From Candidatus Saccharimonadota bacterium (GTDB taxonomy: Bacteria; Patescibacteriota; Gracilibacteria; Absconditabacterales; Absconditicoccaceae): DNA of 32,000 bases. Both the position numbers and the translations under genes were made by a program. The stretch lies in NCBI GenBank assembly GCA_000503875.1, contig CP006913.1, positions 540,001 through 572,000 of the forward strand, written 5' to 3'. Positions 12,343 to 24,356 of this stretch are shown here, piece after piece. The notes under the pieces were generated by a model. It saw nothing but the letters and a program-made list of their open reading frames with translations, was not told the DNA's origin and ran no database searches. Each line of letters starts with the position of its first letter. The first letter of the stretch is position 1.

Positions 12343-15300
12343 AAGCAAAACGAAAGGAACATCTCAAAAAATTGATGTTTATTCAACATATTATATTCTG
12401 AGCTATAATCTGCCTTGGAATTGGTTTTATTATAACCAAAACATTGGCTAATGATTGAAGCGTATCTCGAAATCAATGAGAATATATCAATGATTATTTT
12501 TGGAGTCAAAATCCGTCAACATGAAATATTTTTGATGCTTTATATAGTGGCAATACAGCATATACAAAAAACATGAGTTGATATGATTTTCAAAATAATA
12601 CATGTAGCAAAAACAATATAAATATTGTTATATATACCTGATGAAACCAATATACTATATTACCTGAAATTATCACAGAAAATACAGTATTTATTCTTAA
12701 TTCATGAACTTACGTAAATACAATTTCTCAAATAACATTAAGCGGAGACTGTATAGCAATAATAGGAAGCTGAAAGGCTACTTTTTGAGGAAACATTAAA
12801 AGAAATACACAAACAAAATATACTATAATTGACAATATATTATATCGAAATAATAGTTTTTATAGTCCTACATATACAACACAGACATGAATAAATATTC
12901 AAGTTTTTGCTAATTCTACATCAAATTATTTGATAAGTGGATCATTTCTATCTTGATACATAACATGAACAATACAAAATCAAGCAACCAATATTCCTAT
13001 CACATTAGAACACCCAAACAATTCAAATACTATAGATATAGTTCTTTATGATACATATAATCATATAAATCACAGTAAAAAGACAATTATTAATGATAAC
13101 ATTATACCAATAATAACAGCATTTCTATCATGAACTGCAACACCAATAAATAATTGAGAAACATATAATACAGGAATCAGTTTATCTGTTAGTGATGATA
13201 ATCTTTCATGAATTACAAATAATTGATCTTCCCTTAATTGATCTTCTTTTGTTTTTACAAACCAATGATTATATAGTGTAATTGCTTGAGATAAAGCAGG
13301 TAATACAACTGGAATTTCTTTCGAAATAGATACTACTCCACCAAATATTATCAATCTTCAACCAGTTAGTGGTAGTAACGTAAATACATCACTTTTAACA
13401 TTATCTTGGACAACACAAGAGAATACTACAAAAATTAAATCTCAAAAATATTATCTTTATAGTGGAACTAACCTATTAGCATCGGGCATTGTACAAGCAG
13501 GAGTAACTAGTCAAACATTACCAAATATCAATAATGGAACATACAAACGACAAATTGTTTTAGAAGATACCGCTGGCAATATAGCAACTTGAGAATCTTC
13601 AAATATTAAATTTACCAAGATTCCTAGTATATTTATAACACCAACAGCACATTTATTAAGTAATAAACGATATACCAATACAGATCCTATTATTATACTG
13701 TCTGGTAATAAGAATTTTGATTATACAATAATTAAATCTGGTTTCTTATTGGGTAATAGCACTTATACATGAATAACAAAACAAGAAATTATTTCAATCA
13801 GCCCACAAACAGGAGATATTCTTATACAAATTGGATATACGACACAAGATTGAGAAATTGGAACAGGAAATTTCAGCTTTTTTATTGATACAACTCTTCC
13901 ACAGTTTACACTTAAACCACTAGGAAAAAGAACAAATAGTACTAATTCTATATTATATACACGAACAGGAAGTAAAACAGATGATAGAATTAAATATTAT
14001 AATTTTTTGATAAACAACTCTATAGTATATAGTGGAACTAACAAGTATTATACCAAGACATGATTACAAGTAAACGGAACATATATAGCTCAAGTAAGAG
14101 GAATTGATATAGCAGGTAATATGGGACAATCTATAGCAGAAACAACTATTATTGATCAGACGCCTCCTACAATTCACAATGTAGTAAATAATACATTATA
14201 CAAAGAATTACCCTACCCTATTATTAGAGATGAAAATAATGATCCTGTACAAGTAACTGTTAAGAAAAATTGAGTAACAATATTGTCAGGAATACAAAAT
14301 ACAGAATATGTAGTATGATTAGATGTAGGTGAAGCTGTATATATAATTACAACAACAGATATAGCAGGTAATACTACCTGATTAACATTTACTATAGATA
14401 CTACAGTTCCAACGGTAGGATTACTGACACCAATAAGTTGAACAATTATAACAGGTAATAATTCAATCGTGTTTACATGGACAGGAAACGATACAAATTT
14501 TTCTGGATTTGATTTTAGTTTACGAAGTAATGATTATTGATATTTCAGTACAGGAAGACAAACAACAAATAGAAATCTGACTATTAATAATCTTAATAAT
14601 GGTATTTATTATCGAAAAGTTATTGCTACAGACAAAGCAGGAAATACAACAACATCATCTACACAGCATTTTACTATAAGTGTTCCTCTCACATGACAAA
14701 TAAGTATCAGTTGAGCAGTAACTGTAGCATATATACAATATGTAAATTCAGAAAATATAAAATTAATAACAAACATTAATAAACCTACAGTATTAACAAT
14801 TACCGGAAATATAGTTTGAGAATATGGATCTCAAATAATTAACAAAGAAATTTGAGCAGGATCACAAACAACATCAATACAATTAACAGCAGGTGAAGGA
14901 AGAAAAGATTTTTATATAACTCTTCAAGACTATATAGATAATAATATATTAAGTTATTTTCAAAGTGTTGTTGTAGATAAAACATTACCAAGTAAACCAA
15001 TATTAACGACTATAAATAATCAAATATACACAGGTACAGTAACATTAAATTGGCCAGTATCAACAGATGATTGATCTGGAATAAAAGGATATAGTTATCA
15101 AATTACACAAAACAATCAAATAAAAAAAGCAGGAACAACATCTTCTGCATCAATGGTAATACAAAATATGGAATTATGAAACCAAGGGTCTTTTACGCTA
15201 AAAATAAAAGCTATCGATAATGTTAATAATGAAAGTGATCGATCAGAAAATGCTGTATTTAGCTACACAGGAATTCCCGATACTTCACCAGATAGTTTCA

Positions 15301-16166
15301 CTTTTTCTAGACAAACAAATGTAGAAATAGAAAAAACATATAAATCAAATACAATAACAATAACTTGATTAAGTCTAAATACAACTGTTATGGCAACTAT
15401 TGATGAATGAACATTGTTTGTAAATGGAATCGATGTAAATGAACGGGCTCTAGTACAAAATGGAGATGTTATTTATATAGAATTAGAATCAAGTGATGAA
15501 TATGATGAAGTAACAACATCAACATTAACTATAAACGATAAGACAGCTACATTTAAATTAACTACCGAAAATAATGATGATGACGATGATGATGACGACG
15601 ATGATAATGATGATGATTATAATTTATCAGATAATGAAATTGATGAATTAGAACAAACCTACGAATTAATAAGTATTCTTGATAGTAGTCTAAAATTAAA
15701 ATTTAAAGAAATGTTGGAGGATAAAATTGATGAATTGGAAAAAGAAGATGCAGATGAAGATGAAATAGAAAAATTACGTTATATTTATGATCGTGTTGTC
15801 GAAGATATTAATTGAACAGAAGATATTATCTATACTGCTCCAAATTGAAAAACGTATATTATAGTGTACAAAGAATGAGTTTGATATTCTTCTATTAACT
15901 TTAGTACAGCAAATAAAACTAAATATTTTTCAACATTAACGGAAATCAAAACTTTTATAGATAAAAACAATACTAAGTTATCATTAAATTATACTGTTGA
16001 TAACTCTCGAAGTACTGCGACATATAATGCACCAAATGGTAAAACATACAAAATATTTAGAACAACAAATGGTCAATATGGCTCGTATAATATGGTAATA
16101 CCAAAATTATTTAATACATTACAAGAATTAAAAAATCATATTAATAAAAACAATCCAAAAAAGTAA
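12324..16166 (+). CDS. Large secreted surface protein, 1280 aa: beta-helix cap, repeated Ig-like D-x-AGN domains, Fn3-like domain, poly-Asp/acidic helical linker, two C-terminal NGKTY modules
   Basis: ATG 12324 to TAA 16164-16166 in the same frame as track ORF 15414..15815; only TGA interrupts. The N-terminus has a basic stretch plus a hydrophobic anchor (MAFLMKQAKRKEHLKKLMFIQHIIFGAIICLGIGFII). Repeated motifs are typical of bacterial surface Ig-like domains: AGDKAGNTTGISFEIDTTPP, LEDTAGNIATG, IDIAGNMGQS..IDQTPPT, TTDIAGNTTGLTFTIDTTVPT, ATDKAGNTTT, and WPVSTDDGSGIKGYSYQI. Confidence 0.85.
15576..15617 (+). repeat. Poly-Asp tract (D10-N-D3) encoded by GAT/GAC
   Basis: Read directly as gat gat gac gat gat gat gac gac gat gat aat gat gat gat, in frame in the 1280-aa gene. 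Confidence 0.95.
15825..16163 (+). repeat. Two tandem NGKTY modules at the C-terminus of the 1280-aa protein
   Basis: Copy a (15825-15971) is IIYTAPNGKTYIIVYKEGVGYSSINFSTANKTKYFSTLTEIKTFIDKNN. Copy b (16023-16163) is YNAPNGKTYKIFRTTNGQYGSYNMVIPKLFNTLQELKNHINKNNPKK followed by the stop. Confidence 0.7.
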
Positions 16167-16182
16167 TTTATAATTGATCACT

Positions 16183-17322
16183 TTAAGAAATTAATTCATA
16201 GATATTCTCTATCTTTTCTACGGTTTCATCTCGATGAAAAGTTTTAACTGGCAAGATTTCAACATCTTGCTGGTTTTCTTTTATTGTTAGAATTGCATCC
16301 AAAATTTGTTTAGAAGATCATGGTTTAATAAATATAGTAGTACCTCAAACAACTTCAGGTAAAGAAGCAATATATGTTGTAATAAGTGGTTTTTTCATAG
16401 CAACTGTTTCTGTATGTACAGATCAAAATCATTCAGAAAGTGATGGAGCTACAACAATATCACAAGAAGCCACCATATCACGTAAATCATTTTTATCAAC
16501 TCATTGAAAAATTTGTATCTGACGAGCAAATCAAAATTTTTCTAAAAAACGCAAACGATTAAGCGTTTTTGTTTTTCTTTTGGAATCTATTATATTAAAA
16601 ACAAACAATACAGTTGGATCATATTTTATCATTTGAGGAATACAGTCAATTAGTGAGTCCAAACCTTTAGATTTACCTGCGTGACCATAATACAAAACAA
16701 TAAATCTTCAATTCCAAGAATATTCTTTTTTCCAATCGGTAATTTTTTGTTCATCTACATATTCTGGATTCCAAAAATCATAATCTACCCCATTATAAAT
16801 AACATGTAATTTTTCATCGGAAATACCATATAATAACCTCAATGAATTCATTGTATATTTAGAAACACAGTGATATATAGTATACGGCATAATAAAAAGC
16901 ATTTTTTCCAAAAATAGATATACTCTTCCCCAAAACCAACCTTTATATAAAATCCAAAGTTTCCCAAATACTTCATGAACTGTTAAAACTACTTTTTTAT
17001 GAAAAAAATATCATAATATACTAGCAGGAAACGCACCAACATAAGTACTTGCATGAATAAGATCAAATTTTTGTTGTTTCAAAAGAAAGAATCCTTTGAT
17101 TAAAGAAAAAAATAGAAAAGAAAATCTTCAAAAACCTACTCTATATATTTCCAGATTATTTAAATGTTCATATGTTTTAAGTCTTTTATCAAAATGACTG
17201 GTGATAAGTGTTATATGATATCATTTTGCTCTTAATCTTTGGATAATTTGTTCAAAAACAGTTTCTACACCTCAACAATGAGGTAAATAATAGTCCAAAA
17301 ATAATAATATGCTCTTTTTCAT
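16183..17322 (-). CDS. GT4-family (GT-B fold) glycosyltransferase, 379 aa
   Basis: ATG (complement of 17320-17322) to TAA 16183-16185. The sequence contains ...VAPSLSEGFGSVHTETVAMKKPLITT..., which is the E-x7-E signature region of retaining GT4 enzymes. Both Gly of EGFG are TGA (16423-16425 and 16429-16431). The N-terminal MKKSILLFLDYYLPHCGGVETV resembles the GT4 N-terminal Gly-rich loop. Confidence 0.85.
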
Positions 17323-17435
17323 GAGTATTTTTTACAAAATATCAAAACAAAAGGATTGTACAGATATAGAAACTAGTTTCAAGTGATTATACTAAGGGCA
17401 AAACACAGAAAAACACAAATTTTATCCTCCAAAAT

Positions 17436-17464
17436 TTGACAAAATTCATATTTCTAGATACAAT
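17436..17464 (+). promoter_or_regulatory. Sigma-70-type promoter candidate for the CHAP hydrolase gene
   Basis: TTGACA (17436-17441), an exact 17-nt spacer, then TACAAT (17459-17464), 29 nt upstream of ATG 17493. It sits in the 170-bp divergent intergenic region shared with the GT4 gene. On the other strand a TATAAT (complement of 17386-17391) lies 64 nt upstream of the GT4 start. Confidence 0.55.
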
Positions 17465-17492
17465 TATATAAGATTTATTTCTTGCAAAGAGA

Positions 17493-18800
17493 ATGAAACA
17501 AAAAATAAAGGTAACAACAGCAAAATTATTTAATCATCTCCACAAAGTCAAAAAAAGACATGTAGAGAGATTTTTGCATACTTGGACACATACCCATCAT
17601 GCTATGATTCATATGGGTGAATTACTTATTGTAGGAACAATTTGATTTTCTAGTTTATTATTTGCCAATTATAATAATTCATATGAGCATCTACACAGAA
17701 ACACAGCTCAAGAGATAGTTCAGTCATTAAGTAAAGCTATAGAACAACAAAGCCAAAAAACAAACGAAAGTAAGGTTATCTCCGTTTGGGAAATGGATGG
17801 AAATGTAAATAATACCTTTTCTGTATGATATTGTACCTACGGAGCTGCACGCATTTCTCCAGAATTTTTCCCTTATTCAGAAGACAAAATGTCCCAAGAA
17901 AGAACCCGAGGTGGAAATGCTATAGATCGATGTGAAAATGCTGAAAAAGCTGGATTTAAAATTTGATCAAAACCAAGTATATGATCGCTCATTGTTTATA
18001 AAAAAGTTTGAAATGATATAACTTTCTGACACGTAGGTAAAGTTATGTATTACAATAAATCAAAGGAATCATTAATTATAAGAGATATGAATTGGATTGC
18101 TAAATCTATTATGAGTGATCGTCGAGAAGATTCAAAAAACGAAAATATTAAATGTTATATTTATCCAGGGAAAACTACAGTAGATGAAACAATAAACACC
18201 ATAACTGATAAATTTAACGTAAATACAGGTAACGTAGTAATTACTGGTAATTCAAACACAGGTAATATTATAAATACTACCCCAAATAAACCTGAATCAA
18301 ATTGAAATACGACAACGACTACTACTACAACTACTACTACAACTACTACAAACAATACAACACATGACGTTGCTCCAATAGAACCAACAATACAAGAGCC
18401 AGAAAACACTACTTTTTATGAACAATTAGATACATTAAACGAAAATGAAATAGTAATAATACCTAATGATAGTTTTTCTGATATTAGCAAACATTTTCTT
18501 TCACAATATGAAATGAAAATAACTATTATTAAAAAAGATCAAATAACTGTAGGTGAAAATATATTATTAAATATAACTATTATCAACAAAGACACTAAAG
18601 AACCATATCAATGAATTCTTCCGTTTATATTCAATAGTATCAGTCAAAACAATATTTTAGAAGGATCACTTGAAACATTACAACTTATGCATAATAAAGA
18701 AAATATAATTAATTTTAAAGCAAAAGAAAAAGGAACCAGTACTATTCTTCTAACCATTGATGATCAAAAAATAGTAACGATTCCTATTACAATAAACTAG
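17493..18800 (+). CDS. Membrane-anchored CHAP-domain peptidoglycan hydrolase with poly-Thr linker and C-terminal beta-rich domain, 435 aa
   Basis: ATG 17493 to TAG 18798-18800. There is a TM segment MIHMGELLIVGTIGFSSLLFA. CHAP-like catalytic context: GYCTYGAARISPEFF (Cys codon 17832-17834), then GNAIDRCENAEKAGFKIGSKPSIGSLIVY, then FGHVGKV (His codon 18030-18032). A run of 14 consecutive Thr codons lies at 18309-18350. Confidence 0.8.
18309..18350 (+). repeat. Poly-Thr tract (14 consecutive ACN codons) in the CHAP protein linker
   Basis: Read directly as acg aca acg act act act aca act act act aca act act aca, in frame. Confidence 0.95.
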
Positions 18801-18801
18801 A

Positions 18802-20229
18802 TTAAAGATTAATGACTTTCACATATGGAGAAACAGCATTACCTTCAACAACATCATTGATAACAATTATTTTTTGTCCCTTCTTAACGAATCAATTTGA
18901 TTCTAAATAAGCAAGGGCTTTTTTTTCATCTTCTATTGGATATTTCCCCCAAGATTCGATTAAGAAAGGATAAATAGCAAATAAGAAATTCATAGACCTT
19001 AAAACCTTAAGATCTTTTGTAAACGCAAAAACCGTATGATTCGGTTTATAAGCAGAAACAACTCTAGCCAAAAATCATGAATTAGTAAACAAAAGAATAT
19101 AATCTGCTTTTACTTGGTCAGCAACAAATAAGGCATTTTTTGCTATCATTTTTTTATCTAAAGCATAATCAGTAGTAAAGGTTATTTCAAAATCTTTATG
19201 TTTATTGTTTGTATGTTGTTCCGCTTCAAGAATAACATCCGTCATCATTTGACAAGATTGAATAGGAAATTTACCAACAGCTGTTTCGTCAGAAAGCATA
19301 GTACAGTCTGTTCTCAAGATAACAGAATTATATACATCAGAAACTTCTGCTCTTGTAGGAAATGGAGATTCTACCATACTTTTCAAAAGTTCTGTTGCAA
19401 CAATAATAGTTTTTCCATACGTAAAACATGTATCCATAATAACTTTTTGATGATATGGAAGTGTAGAAATTTCTATTTCAACTCCTAAATCCCCTCTTGC
19501 TACCATAATACCATCAGATTCTTTTACTATTCATTCTAGATTTGCCAATGCTTCTTGGTTTTCTATTTTGGAAATAATTTGAATATGTTCTGCATTATGC
19601 TGTTTCAATAAACTTTTTATTTCAATAACATTAGTTTGATGTCTAATAAATGATGCAGCAATCAAATCAATATTATGTTCAATAGCAAATAATATATCAG
19701 ATTCATCTTTATCGGTAATACCTGGTAGCTTAAGATTAACTCCCGGTAAATTAACATGTCTTCTAGATCAAATACTATGATCATTCAATGCTTCTACAAC
19801 AACATAAGTAGGTGTTACTTTAATAACTTTTGCTTTTAGTAATCAAGAATCAATAATAATAATCTGATCTTTTTTTACATCTTCCAATAAATAATTATAA
19901 TCACAAAATATATCTTGAGGCTCAACCAATAACGATTCATCAACAAAAATTTTAAAATGATCTCATTTTTTTACAATTACTTTTTCTTGAACATTTCCTG
20001 TTCTAATTTCTGGTCACTTTGTATCTAATAATGTACTTAAATTAGTTTTTCATGAGTCATTAAGGTCTTTAATAATTTCTAATAATTTAGCAACAGCATC
20101 CTGTTGTGCGTGAGAAAAATTAAATCTAATAATATTTGTTCAAGCATTATAAAGATCAATAAGTTTCTCTTCATTACAGTTAATGTCCGAAACAGTAGCG
20201 ATAATTTTGGTCCTTTTTATGGATTTCAT
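18802..20229 (-). CDS. pyk: Pyruvate kinase, 475 aa
   Basis: ATG (complement of 20227-20229) to TAA 18802-18804. Motifs: KIIATV, NIIRFNFSH, LLDTKGPEIRTG (the first Gly is TGA at 20014-20016), MVARGDLGVEI, TELLKSM, and FTNSGFLARVVSAYKP. Confidence 0.92.
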
Positions 20230-20252
20230 ATAAGCACAATAAATAATAAAAA

Positions 20253-21761
<1,509 letters not shown>

Positions 21762-21856
21762 ATTATTACAAAAAAAATAAAAATCTTGGTTAGTATAGGA
21801 ATTTCCTTTCTATTTTCACGACAAAAAGATACGTTGAAACAAATATATTTGACAAA

Positions 21857-21886
21857 TATAAAAAAAGTGATGTAAAACACCACTTT
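21857..21886 (-). terminator. Rho-independent terminator candidate downstream of the Cys-repeat gene
   Basis: The minus-strand RNA is AAAGUGGUG-UUUUA-CAUCACUUU: a 9-bp stem including one G:U pair, with a 5-nt loop. It is followed by UUUUAUAUUU and begins 26 nt after the TAA at 21912-21914. Confidence 0.55.
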
Positions 21887-21911
21887 AAAAAACAATAAAA
21901 AATCAGATTCT

Positions 21912-23183
21912 TTAAAAATATTTATCTAACCATTGCCAAAATGATCTGTTCGTATAAGTTGTTTCCGATTCTTCAGTATCTATAGTATTTATAAGGTCTC
22001 CTATAGTAGGCTTATTTTCGTCATAATTTTGAACTAAATAATCTCTATAGGTCATCTTCTTAAAAGTACAAGTTCTATTTGCATAATATCATTTAAGTTT
22101 TCATCCGACACAAAGTCTAAGTTCAACTTCACAAGGGAGATCAATCAATCCAATAGACGATTTATATGCTTTAATAAATTGACCGTTTTTCACTTGTTCT
22201 CACCAAGGAGTAACACATTTAATGTTTGCTGTTGAGGTTTGAGAAACTGAATTAGTGTCGGCTGGTCTTCCTGAACTAGGAGATCACCAAGTATCTATAG
22301 AATCTGATGTTCAATTTATTTTTCCATGAGTATCAAAATTCGATCAATTTAAAGATGGCTCTGTTGGTTGTATAAAAGTATCTTTAGGTTTTTGTGTATA
22401 AGAAATAGCTTCTGGTTTTACATATGAGTATAAAGTATGTTCTTTACATGATTTCTGAGAATAAAAACCAGAAAGTTTACCATTTATACAATATCTTCTT
22501 TGTACATTACAAAGATTAGTAACATCTTTTCTTTGTTCATATGCCAATACAAAATCTCCATTTGCTACATATTCTCCCCAAGAAGTTATACAAACAAAAT
22601 CTTGTTGAGAAAGAGATAATCAAGATGATTGAACTCATGTATCGATAGTGATTCAACTAGGTAAGATAAGGTTATTATCAAGTTCTCCATTAAGAGATCC
22701 AGTAAGAGAAGAATCCTGATTATCAGGAGGAAAATAATCTTTTTCTACAGAAGACGATGGCGTTTGAGGCGAAAGACCTTGTGATGAAGTACTTGTATAT
22801 GATGAATTATTTGACTGTAATGGCATATTTGCCTGTGATGAAATGTTTTCTGAGGGAGTTGTTGCCTGTAACGGAGTATTTGCCTGTGAATCAGTTATTC
22901 AATCTTGAAAAAGATAATCCCAATCACCAGCAGCACCATGTGTTCCAGCTTCAGTAGAATCAATTCACCAGTCATCAGGAGTCCCCGGTAATACGAAAAC
23001 AACTTGATCAGGAGAACTTGATGTTTTTAACCAAAATGACTCCTGCTGCGTAATAACAAGTGCACAGAAAAACATCAAAAACCAAACCACAAAAAATCTT
23101 TTGAGAATTTCTCAAAAAGAAATCTGGCTTTTAAACTGGATTTTTATATTCTTACTAGTTCTTTTTTTATGAGTAATCTTCAT
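21912..23183 (-). CDS. Secreted or membrane-anchored protein with Ser/Thr/Gln-rich linker and two 4-Cys repeat modules, 423 aa
   Basis: ATG (complement of 23181-23183) to TAA 21912-21914, extending track ORF 22344..22547 in frame through TGA codons. The N-terminus has basic residues followed by the hydrophobic FFVVWFLMFFCALVI. The two modules are CITSWGEYVANGDFVLAYEQRKDVTNLCNVQRRYCINGKLSGFYSQKSC (22446-22592) and CVTPWGEQVKNGQFIKAYKSSIGLIDLPCEVELRLCVGGKLKGYYANRTC (22068-22217). Confidence 0.75.
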
Positions 23184-23257
23184 TGCTATAAAACACAAGA
23201 AGTAAAGATACTCAAGTATACTCCAAAAGCCAAAAAAATGCAAATTTTAAGTGATTT

Positions 23258-24292
23258 TTACTTAATAATACCACTCCCAATACACTCATCCCCTATATAT
23301 GCTACTACGACTTGACCAGAAGCTACTGCTCGTTGTGGTTCATCAAATTTTATATTGATTTTATTGTTTTTTAAAGAAATAAGCGTTGAAGGTTGCGGTT
23401 CTTGCCTATATCTAATCTTTGTTTTTACCTGCAAAGGAAGGCTATATTCTTTTTCTATCCAATGCCAATCTAAAGCAATAAGTGAAGTATGTAATAATTC
23501 TTCATGCGATTTTTCACCGACTACAACAGTATTTGTAATCACATCGGTTTTCACAACATAACATTTAAAATTAAGTCCAAGACCATGCCTCTGCCCTACG
23601 GTATAAAACCATGCACCTTCATGTTTTCCAACAATAGTACCATCAGACATAACAATATTTCCCGTTTTCTTAGGTAATTTTTGTTCCAAAAATTGTTTGA
23701 TAGGCACATTACCAATAAAACAAAGTCATTGACTATCGGGACGATCAGCATTGGGAAGTGATATTTCTTGTGCTATTTTTCTAATTTCGGGTTTTGTAAG
23801 ATTTCATAAAGGAAATAATGATTTAGATAATTGATATTGATTCAATCCTGCCAAAAAATAACTTTGATCTTTATTATAATCAATTCATCTCAAAAGCTTA
23901 TATTGTCATAAATTTTCAACTATTCTAGCATAATGACCCATAGCTATTTTATCAAATCACAAAGCTAATGCTTTTTCCAAAAATACATCAAATTTAATCA
24001 GACTATTACAAAGAACATCTGGGTTTGGTGTTATTCATTTAGCATAGCCATCATAGATATATTGGATAATTCTGTCATTATATTCTTGCTGCATATCGAA
24101 AGATAAAAGTTCTATTCCAAGAAAATCAGCAACTTTAATAGCTTCTTGTGCATCATCATATGTTGTACAGGTTCAACTCTCTGATACATAATTTTTCATA
24201 AAACCTCCAACAACATCAAAACCTTGTTGCTTCAAAAGATATGCAGCAACAGCAGAATCAACTCATCATGATAATCAAACTAATACACGCAT
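23258..24292 (-). CDS. mnmA: tRNA-specific 2-thiouridylase MnmA, 344 aa
   Basis: ATG (complement of 24290-24292) to TAA 23258-23260. The PP-loop MRVLVGLSGGVDSAVAAYLL has three Gly encoded by TGA (24275-24277, 24266-24268, 24263-24265). Other motifs: NPDVLCN, IAMGHYAR, KDQSYFL, DSQGLCFIG, and the C-terminal GQVVVAY..ECIGSGII. Confidence 0.92.
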
Positions 24293-24304
24293 AATTTTTT
24301 TTAG

Positions 24305-24335
24305 AAAAAAAACGTACCATTAAGATACGTTTTTT
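24305..24335 (-). terminator. Terminator-like hairpin downstream of the H1-like gene
   Basis: aaaaaacgta (24307-24316), a 9-nt loop ccattaaga, then tacgtttttt (24326-24335). This is a 10-bp stem, mostly A:U, and on the minus-strand RNA it runs into a U-tract. It is symmetric, so it could act in both directions. Confidence 0.45.
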
Positions 24336-24356
24336 ACTTATTTTTTCAAATCAAAA

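Noticed and set aside
18161-18409. 82-aa minus-strand ORF containing a poly-Val run.
   Set aside because: The poly-Val run is simply the reverse complement of the poly-Thr (ACN) linker of the CHAP gene.
23258-24292. Idea that MnmA is functionally linked to the TGA recoding, through thiolation of a tRNA-Gly(UCA).
   Set aside because: MnmA is a near-universal housekeeping enzyme acting on Lys, Glu and Gln tRNAs. Nothing in the sequence supports a special role here.
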